Of a stretch of 64,000 bases of DNA, positions 57,732-64,000 are shown piece by piece; the stretch's first letter is position 1, and every line of letters starts with the position of its first letter. This DNA comes from a virus (taxonomy: Duplodnaviria; Caudoviricetes): the IMG/VR virus record IMGVR_UViG_3300020576_002141, positions 11,384 to 75,383 of that record; one strand, written 5' to 3'. A program made the translations under genes and the position numbers. The notes beneath the pieces are model-generated. The model made no database searches. It was given only the letters and a program-made list of their open reading frames with translations, and was not told the DNA's origin.

Positions 57732-58859
57732 ATGAGTACGCCAAAGAAAATAGTGCTTTGTATGATTGTAAAGAATGAAGCCCATGTTATCGAAAGATGT
57801 CTAGCCAGCACGTTGCCGGTTATAGACACATTCTGTATCGTTGACACCGGATCTACCGACGGAACTCAAGAAAAGATTAAGAAGTTTTTTGAGCAACTAG
57901 GTATCGATGGGGTTATTCATGAAAGACCTTGGGTAGACTTTGGTACTAATAGATCAGAGGCTCTGGAGCTAGCTAGACCATGCGGAGATTATTCTCTGAT
58001 GATCGATGCAGATGAAATATTGGAATTCGATGCCAACTTTGACCCAGAAAAGTTCAAGTTATCATTGGATAGAGATTTGTACAATGTGTACGCCATCTAC
58101 GGCGGTACCAAATACCATCGCCCCCAGTTTACGTCAAATGCTAAGAGATTCTATTACCGCGGTGTTTGCCATGAATATGTGGATTGTTATGACAAGATCG
58201 AAACAAGAGATTTCTTAAGAGGTTTCATTAACCGTCCTATTCAGGATGGAGCCAGATCTAAGGATCCAGAAAAGTACAAGAGAGATGCTAAGTTGTTTGA
58301 GGATGCACTGGCTTCTGGTAAGGTAGACCCTCAGGACATTAATAGATATCATTTCTATCTAGCTCAGTCTTATAGAGATTCCCAACAATGGGAAAAGGCT
58401 ATTGACGCATACCTTAAGAGAGCTAGCTTAGGAGGATGGAACGAAGAAGTATTTTATAGTCTGTTCCAAGTGGGCAAGATAAAGGAAATGTTAAAACATA
58501 ATATCGACGAGATTATAAAGTTTTACATTGAAGCATATCAAGCTTGCCCGTTTAGAGCAGAGAGTTTGTGGGCAGCGGCTAAGCTGTGTCAAGTCTATGG
58601 AAGATTCGATCAAGCTTATCGCTTAGCTAAGCAATGCGTGAAGTTACCAAATCCAGATGGAGCCTTATTCGTGCTGTCGTTCATATACGAATGGGCTGCT
58701 CTTGATACATTTGCCTCAGCTGCCTTCTGGACAGAGAACTACAAAGAATGTCAGCAAGCGTGCGATCAACTACTAAAGAGTGGAAAATTGCCTCCACAAG
58801 AACGAGAACGAATAGAAAGAAACAAAAATACTGCTGTACAGTATTTGGTAGGGAACTAA
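57732..58859 (+). CDS. Family 2 glycosyltransferase with C-terminal TPR repeats
   Basis: IVLCMIVKNEAHVIERCL, IVDTGSTDGT, MIDADE (DXD), GVCHEY; TPR-like RYHFYLAQSYRD...AIDAYLKR...EVFYSLFQVG...AYQACPFRAE. Confidence 0.92.
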   Translation: MSTPKKIVLCMIVKNEAHVIERCLASTLPVIDTFCIVDTGSTDGTQEKIKKFFEQLGIDGVIHERPWVDFGTNRSEALELARPCGDYSLMIDADEILEFDANFDPEKFKLSLDRDLYNVYAIYGGTKYHRPQFTSNAKRFYYRGVCHEYVDCYDKIETRDFLRGFINRPIQDGARSKDPEKYKRDAKLFEDALASGKVDPQDINRYHFYLAQSYRDSQQWEKAIDAYLKRASLGGWNEEVFYSLFQVGKIKEMLKHNIDEIIKFYIEAYQACPFRAESLWAAAKLCQVYGRFDQAYRLAKQCVKLPNPDGALFVLSFIYEWAALDTFASAAFWTENYKECQQACDQLLKSGKLPPQERERIERNKNTAVQYLVGN

Positions 58860-58873
58860 AATAAAGGAAAGCC

Positions 58874-61252
58874 ATGGCTTATAGTGCGTTAGATCCTAGT
58901 GTATATGGAGGCACTGCTTCATCCGGAGCAGACGGTCAATCCATTCGTAAAACAATAACTCAAGCCAATAGTTTTGCGGCTGGTGATGCTGTATACTTTA
59001 ATGGGACTACTTATCAAAAAGCACTGGCTACGTCCTTGTCTACCGCCAATATAGTTGGAGTAGTAGAATCGGCTGACTCTAGCACCTTTGTGCTTGTCAT
59101 GCAGGGTTACATAAACATAGCTTCTGCTCCTTATAGCGCAGGAAGCTTACTATATTTGTCTTCTTCTTTGAGCGGAGGACTAACTACATCGGCTCCTACA
59201 AACACAAGCTATATTGCAAATCCTGTTTTAGTATGGAATAGTGCTACAACAGGTATAGTTATAAACTCGCTTAGAACAGGAATAGCAGGATCGGAAGTTG
59301 GATTATATACACCAGTAGGAACCATAATAGCTTATGGTGGAGCTGCTAATAATATTCCAGGAAACTGGCTACTATGTAACGGAGATGCTTTTCCGAAGGA
59401 TGTAACATCTGGTTCAACGGGAGCTACAGGAGAATACGAAGAATTGTATGTAGCCCTCGGTGACACTTACTATATTCTAGGAAGCATTACTGGTTCCGGA
59501 AATACTGGATATATCACATTCAACGATTCTATTGATAATCCTGCTTCTACGCATACAAAAAATCACAACTTTGAAGTAAATGATTATTTTGAAATAGGAT
59601 GGCCTGTGCCGTCTACTCCAAGCACTACACCGACTAATAGAATAGTTGGTAAAATTACTTCTGCTTCGACTTCTTCTAACGTTTGTCAGTTCAATAAGTC
59701 TTACGCAATAGCAAGCGGAACTTTACCTTCTTCTAGCACATTAGTTAAGATTTCCTCATATTCTAGCCCTCCTTCAGCTGGGTTGACTAACAACAAGTTC
59801 TTTATCCCAGACTTAAGAGGAAGAACAATAGTTGGAAGCTATACAGGACACAACTTATCATATATCTCTAGAGGATTTGTCGGTGGCGAAGAATCTTCTA
59901 TTCTGACAGAAGCAAATCTTCCAGCTCACTCGCATGAAATAGGAATAACGGGTGTAGCTGGTCTCGGATCTGGCGGACCAAGCGTAACAGGATTTTCTTA
60001 TGGTGGTAGCTTATCCACCGTTACAACTTTCTTAGAATCAGGAAGAAATCAGGATGTATCTAGCTCTTCTTCTTTTACAAACTTGCCACCTTATTCTTCT
60101 TCTAACTGGATTATTAGATATAAGAGAGCTTCTGGCGCAGGTATTGAAGTGGGTCCGCCTGGTCCTGCTGGGCAGAATGGTACAAATGGCGCAAACGGTG
60201 CTACGGGTGCCACGGGTCCACAAGGAGCTACCGGTTCAACCGGAGCCACCGGTCCACAGGGAGCAACCGGAGCTACCGGGGCAACTGGGTCAAGAGGAGC
60301 CACGGGGTCTACAGGTGCAACTGGATCTACAGGAGCCACCGGTCCTCAGGGAGCCACGGGACCAACCGGACCACAAGGAGCTACTGGTAGCGGCGCGGGA
60401 ACTATAAATAGTACCCCACAACTCAATACAATAAGTCCAGAAATCTATTCAGAACTTCAAATATCTGGAGCCGGATCCCCGGGTGGATTCTATACAATAC
60501 CGTTTACCGGAAACGCTCCTTATATGTTCTCTTACCCGGATATAGGATACTACAACGTAAGATTCTATGGTGGAGAATATGACTTACAATATCCATTCAC
60601 GATCTCTGATAACTATATTTCAGATCACCCAAGCAAACTTCATATTTCGTGCGCAGCAAATACTACAAACTACATTACTCCACTCTCTGCGCTATCCATA
60701 ACAGGACCAACAGCCGGCGGTGGAACTCATACGAACAGATGGGTGTTGACATTTACTGGATCATCTACTGATTTCTTGGATACAGATTACGTCTGTATCG
60801 GTGGAACATCATTGAATATACCAGATTACTTGCGTGGAGTACATAGCGTACTTCGTGTAACAGGCGGAACTCCAAGTCTAAGTAACTTTAGTATTCAACT
60901 ATATTTGGACACCCCGGTTGGTATAACTCCATCTACGTCACTCGCGGCTACATCAGTAAGCGGTTATATTCAATCAGCCGGTGTAGTATTCCATGTTCCA
61001 ACAGTGGCTACAGGAGATCACAAGACCGTCTTCTTGCTAGATTCTCCAAACAAGTGTTGCTCGTTCAATATGCTCAATAACTCTAGACCATTAGTAATGA
61101 TCGGAGATATTACCAGAAATTCCAACGGCTATGGAATCAAGGCTATAAACGGAGCTGAAGTAATACTTGGAAGCAATATATGGTTTGAAAACCTACAAAC
61201 CGCGATTTATATTTCCAACTTCTCAACGGTATCGGATACTGAAATCCACTAA
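58874..61252 (+). CDS. Tail fibre protein: HGL-type domain, collar domain, collagen run, start of beta-helix
   Basis: [14 protein letters not shown]; PVGTIIAY...WLLCNG...[10 protein letters not shown]...LPAHSH...NLPPY...WIIRY; GATG repeats at about 60150-60400. Confidence 0.82.
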   Translation: MAYSALDPSVYGGTASSGADGQSIRKTITQANSFAAGDAVYFNGTTYQKALATSLSTANIVGVVESADSSTFVLVMQGYINIASAPYSAGSLLYLSSSLSGGLTTSAPTNTSYIANPVLVWNSATTGIVINSLRTGIAGSEVGLYTPVGTIIAYGGAANNIPGNWLLCNGDAFPKDVTSGSTGATGEYEELYVALGDTYYILGSITGSGNTGYITFNDSIDNPASTHTKNHNFEVNDYFEIGWPVPSTPSTTPTNRIVGKITSASTSSNVCQFNKSYAIASGTLPSSSTLVKISSYSSPPSAGLTNNKFFIPDLRGRTIVGSYTGHNLSYISRGFVGGEESSILTEANLPAHSHEIGITGVAGLGSGGPSVTGFSYGGSLSTVTTFLESGRNQDVSSSSSFTNLPPYSSSNWIIRYKRASGAGIEVGPPGPAGQNGTNGANGATGATGPQGATGSTGATGPQGATGATGATGSRGATGSTGATGSTGATGPQGATGPTGPQGATGSGAGTINSTPQLNTISPEIYSELQISGAGSPGGFYTIPFTGNAPYMFSYPDIGYYNVRFYGGEYDLQYPFTISDNYISDHPSKLHISCAANTTNYITPLSALSITGPTAGGGTHTNRWVLTFTGSSTDFLDTDYVCIGGTSLNIPDYLRGVHSVLRVTGGTPSLSNFSIQLYLDTPVGITPSTSLAATSVSGYIQSAGVVFHVPTVATGDHKTVFLLDSPNKCCSFNMLNNSRPLVMIGDITRNSNGYGIKAINGAEVILGSNIWFENLQTAIYISNFSTVSDTEIH

Positions 61253-61261
61253 AGGAAAGAA

Positions 61262-61873
61262 ATGATAAACATATCAAAGTGTAATAATGGTGTATTTCTG
61301 AAATCTGCTAGTCTTGAGATTACTAGCAGACCCTTGCATTTGAGTAGCTGTTTTGACTATGGAATATACTTAACTAATAGTTCAACTCTTAATATTCACG
61401 CAGATGCCATCACCGGAGCCACATATGGCACCTCGTTGTTGGCATACAACACCCCAACAACTGTCTTGGCTAACAAAGGCTCCAGTATAGATGCTATAAG
61501 AGATGCTAGAATAACAAATACAATAAACGGCGTGGCTGTTATTTCTAACTCAACTGCTTTGGTACAAGATAGCGTAATAAACGCTAAAGCAGGTATTACT
61601 TCTTCTGGAAATACAATATCAGCTATCTTGTCTCAATCATCTTATGTACAGTCTTTTGATAACTCCATAACAGGATATGGTTCTCTCACGGGCGGAACGG
61701 GAAGCTCTGTTTATAGGTCTTCGTTGAGTGGAGTACTAGTAGTAGAATCGACTACTGCACAAAATCTATCCAGTTTAGGCATCAATAACTCTGGATCTAT
61801 TGTGGTAGATATATACAGAGGTGCTAACTTTGATGGAAGAACAACGTTATCCGGAGATGGTATAGAGCCATGA
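61262..61873 (+). CDS. Beta-helix (pectin-lyase-like) segment, in frame with the upstream fibre gene
   Basis: Repeats NNGVFLKSAS, DYGIYLTNSS, NGVAVISNS; AAGGA SD before the ATG. Confidence 0.7.
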   Translation: MINISKCNNGVFLKSASLEITSRPLHLSSCFDYGIYLTNSSTLNIHADAITGATYGTSLLAYNTPTTVLANKGSSIDAIRDARITNTINGVAVISNSTALVQDSVINAKAGITSSGNTISAILSQSSYVQSFDNSITGYGSLTGGTGSSVYRSSLSGVLVVESTTAQNLSSLGINNSGSIVVDIYRGANFDGRTTLSGDGIEP

Positions 61874-62343
61874 TATGTTTTAAAGAGGAATGTGGAACCA
61901 TTACAATCAACGGGCAATTTTCTTGCTCTGTTGATGTTTTCAAAGTACTCGAACCAACATATCAACCTTTACCAGAAGGCTACACACAGAGATTATATTT
62001 TCCAGGAAAATCTCATACCCTGATAAGTGATAAAGGTTACCAACCAGTATTATTAGATTCAACATGGATTGACGGTGACAGATATATCTCTAGGATTGAA
62101 GACTTTATTTTATTAAAGAACTACATACTCAGGGATGAAATAGAAACAAATGATCTCATTCTTTCTGAAATAAACAAACGTCTTCCGTATGATGAAAAGA
62201 GAAAAGCAGAATATCCCTCAATAGAACTTCTGGTCATAGCTCTTTGGAATCACATAGTAGAAAAGAAATCCAAAGAAGTATCTGGAATTCTAGATTTACA
62301 GAAGAAGAGAACGCAGATCAAAACAAAGTATCCCAAGGAATAA
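61870..62343 (+). CDS. Hypothetical protein, possible tail fibre assembly chaperone
   Basis: C-terminal KRKAEYPSIELLVIALW...IKTKYPK pattern typical of fibre-adjacent small proteins. Confidence 0.65.
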   Translation: MICFKEECGTITINGQFSCSVDVFKVLEPTYQPLPEGYTQRLYFPGKSHTLISDKGYQPVLLDSTWIDGDRYISRIEDFILLKNYILRDEIETNDLILSEINKRLPYDEKRKAEYPSIELLVIALWNHIVEKKSKEVSGILDLQKKRTQIKTKYPKE

Positions 62344-62346
62344 TAA

Positions 62347-63168
62347 ATGGCGATTAGAACAAGACAACAGCTAATAGACTATTCCCTAAGGAACTTAGGT
62401 CACCCTGTAATACAGATTAACATAGATGAAGACCAAATAGAAGACAGAATAGATGATGCTATTCAGTTTTATACGGAATATACTACAGACGGTATGGAAA
62501 GAGTCTACCTCAAGTATGAGATGACTCAAAATGATATTGATAATGGATACATAACCCTTACATCGGCTGGTGCAACCGGTCAGATGCAGAATAACGAACA
62601 CGAACAGCAGCCCACAGAAGCCGGTGTAACTGCTCCTGTTCCAATCGAAGATTCCTTGATAAGTGTTCTTCAAGTATTTCATTTCTCTAGTTCTTCTATA
62701 AACATGTTTGATATTAGATATCAATATGTCCTAAATGATCTTTATACTATGGGATCTATAGATTTACAACACTATTACATAACTCAAGAATATTTAAGCT
62801 TACTGCGTCAAATGTTAAGTCCAGATAAGCTTATCAGATTCAATAGAAAAATAAACAGACTGTATATAGACACCAAGTTATCCAGAGAAATAAGAGCCGG
62901 TAACTTCCTTGTTATAGAAGGATATAGAGCAGCAGATCCTACAGTATTTCCTGAAGCCTATAATGATATTCTTTTAAAGAGATATGCTACAGCCTTACTG
63001 AAGCGGCAATGGGGAGCCAACCTATCAAAGTTTCAAAACATTCAGCTTCCCGGTGGTGTGATTATGAACGGCGAACAAATATATGGGCAAGCTATTCAGG
63101 AAATACAAGAAATAGAAAATACAGTTATGAGTAAATTTCAAGAACCACCCGACTTTTTTTGTGCCTAG
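62347..63168 (+). CDS. gp13: Neck protein (T4 gp13-like)
   Basis: TRQQLIDYSLRNLGHPVIQINIDEDQIEDRIDDAIQFY; FNRKINRLYID; LKRYATALLKRQWGANLSKF..IQLPGGV.MNG. Confidence 0.96.
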   Translation: MAIRTRQQLIDYSLRNLGHPVIQINIDEDQIEDRIDDAIQFYTEYTTDGMERVYLKYEMTQNDIDNGYITLTSAGATGQMQNNEHEQQPTEAGVTAPVPIEDSLISVLQVFHFSSSSINMFDIRYQYVLNDLYTMGSIDLQHYYITQEYLSLLRQMLSPDKLIRFNRKINRLYIDTKLSREIRAGNFLVIEGYRAADPTVFPEAYNDILLKRYATALLKRQWGANLSKFQNIQLPGGVIMNGEQIYGQAIQEIQEIENTVMSKFQEPPDFFCA

Positions 63169-63197
63169 CCCATCATAAACTCAGGAGGCTGATTTAT

Positions 63198-63205
63198 TAT
63201 AAATA
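63198..63205 (+). promoter_or_regulatory. T4-type late promoter for the GIY-YIG gene
   Basis: TATAAATA followed by AAGGAG SD and ATG 63225. Confidence 0.65.
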
Positions 63206-63224
63206 CTATCATAAGGAGATTAAA

Positions 63225-63953
63225 ATGATAGTATATTTAATAACCAACAAAGTCAATAATAAACAATATGTAGGTATTACCTCTAGACCAATAGAAAACC
63301 GTATAAACGAACACAGAACAGCAACAACCAAGAGTGCTATACATGACGCTATAGTAAAATATGGAATAGAAAACTTTACTGTGGAACAAATAGATACAGC
63401 CAATACATACGAAGAACTATTAGAAAAAGAGATACACTGGATTGAAAAATTGAATACATTTGGATCAGGATATAATTTAACAAAAGGTGGAGAAGGATCG
63501 TTGGGAAGAATAGCATCGGAAGAAACTCGTCAAAGACTCAGCGAAGGTGTTCTTAATAGTCTAACCCCCGAACGCAAAGAGCATCTGTCAAAAAAAACTA
63601 CAGAATATTTTCAAAACAATCCAGAAAAACGGTTAGAAATGTCTGAGAAGATTTCTAAAACTTTAATAGGAAATCAACGAGCTAAGGGAAAGAAACACAA
63701 GAACCCACGTCCAGAACACGCCAACGAAGGTACTCGCTTATATCAGTTAGGAAGAAAAAGAACACCAGAAGAGATAGCGAAACTAAAAGCAACAAAAAAG
63801 AAAAACTACAAACCAGAAGACAATCCTATGAATAGTCTAGAAAACCGTAAAAAAGTTGGGCTATCGAAAATAGGTAAGAAAAAATTCAAACGAGAAGACG
63901 GTTCTTTCTTTTACTCCTTCCCCGAAAATCCAATAGATCCGAAGAAAGCATAA
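63225..63953 (+). CDS. Free-standing GIY-YIG homing endonuclease
   Basis: Start ATG 63225: MIVYLITNKVNNKQYVGIT...R..EH...AIVKYG.ENF...E..WI..LNT...GYNLTKGGEG; NUMOD3-like SEETRQRLS. Confidence 0.9.
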   Translation: MIVYLITNKVNNKQYVGITSRPIENRINEHRTATTKSAIHDAIVKYGIENFTVEQIDTANTYEELLEKEIHWIEKLNTFGSGYNLTKGGEGSLGRIASEETRQRLSEGVLNSLTPERKEHLSKKTTEYFQNNPEKRLEMSEKISKTLIGNQRAKGKKHKNPRPEHANEGTRLYQLGRKRTPEEIAKLKATKKKNYKPEDNPMNSLENRKKVGLSKIGKKKFKREDGSFFYSFPENPIDPKKA

Positions 63954-63962
63954 ATACTTCAT

Positions 63963-64000
63963 ATGTCAACCAACCATTATTTCAATCATATCAGGCAATA
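63963..64000 (+). CDS. gp14: Start of neck protein gp14 (truncated by window end)
   Basis: MSTNHYFNH..., CATAAATA upstream, synteny after gp13. Confidence 0.55.
   Translation, partial: MSTNHYFNHIRQ

Noticed and set aside
44854-61873. Diversity-generating retroelement or invertase-driven fibre switching
   Set aside because: No reverse transcriptase, no template/variable repeat pair differing at adenines, no recombinase and no inverted repeats were seen.
63159-63224. Upstream extensions of ORF-track starts (63159, 3112, 7774, 10569)
   Set aside because: They overlap a terminator, tRNA or neighbouring gene; downstream ATGs have SD or promoter support and match the family N-termini.
1-64000. 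Alternative genetic code (stop reassignment)
   Set aside because: Core genes are intact in code 11, and TAA, TGA and TAG all end genes at coupled junctions. The single in-frame TAA at 61250 is followed by an SD.

Overview
A 64-kb segment of a large T4-like tailed dsDNA phage (myovirus), read in standard genetic code 11. 1-15 kb holds nucleotide-metabolism, replication and accessory genes: thyX (5'-truncated), class II RNR nrdJ, a GIY-YIG endonuclease, RuvC-like resolvase, intein-containing phoH, RNase H, denV-like glycosylase, phosphoesterase, exonuclease, GMP reductase, gp33, gp59 and gp32. It also holds a small, largely atypical tRNA cluster (9.0-10.6 kb) interrupted by an HTH-LAGLIDADG-like gene. 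16-40 kb is the T4-type tail/baseplate module (tape-measure-like, gp51, gp26, gp54, gp2, gp4, gp48, gp53, gp27-like, gp5, PAAR, gp25, gp6, gp7, gp8, large VrlC-like protein). 40-62 kb is a long array of fibre, collagen and beta-helix virion genes with an embedded GT2-TPR glycosyltransferase. The window ends with neck gp13, a second GIY-YIG endonuclease and the start of gp14. The main findings are: (1) two 33-nt hairpins in the tRNA cluster with an invariant apical sequence and fully covarying 9-bp basal stems, a candidate undescribed RNA motif; (2) a T_TTT_TTA -1 slippery site that would fuse gp26 to a start-less gp51 frame just upstream of the tape-measure-like gene (lambda G/GT-like); (3) a tRNA 5' half followed by an HTH-LAGLIDADG gene whose RBS is sequestered by a hairpin containing a late promoter; (4) a membrane-anchored PAS-domain protein in the baseplate operon; (5) a GT2-TPR enzyme beside Thr-rich collagen fibres; (6) a class 3 (WCT) intein in the PhoH P-loop; (7) shared C-terminal QPxGG tails on putative exchangeable receptor-binding proteins. 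All family assignments come from motif recognition by eye; no database searches were run.
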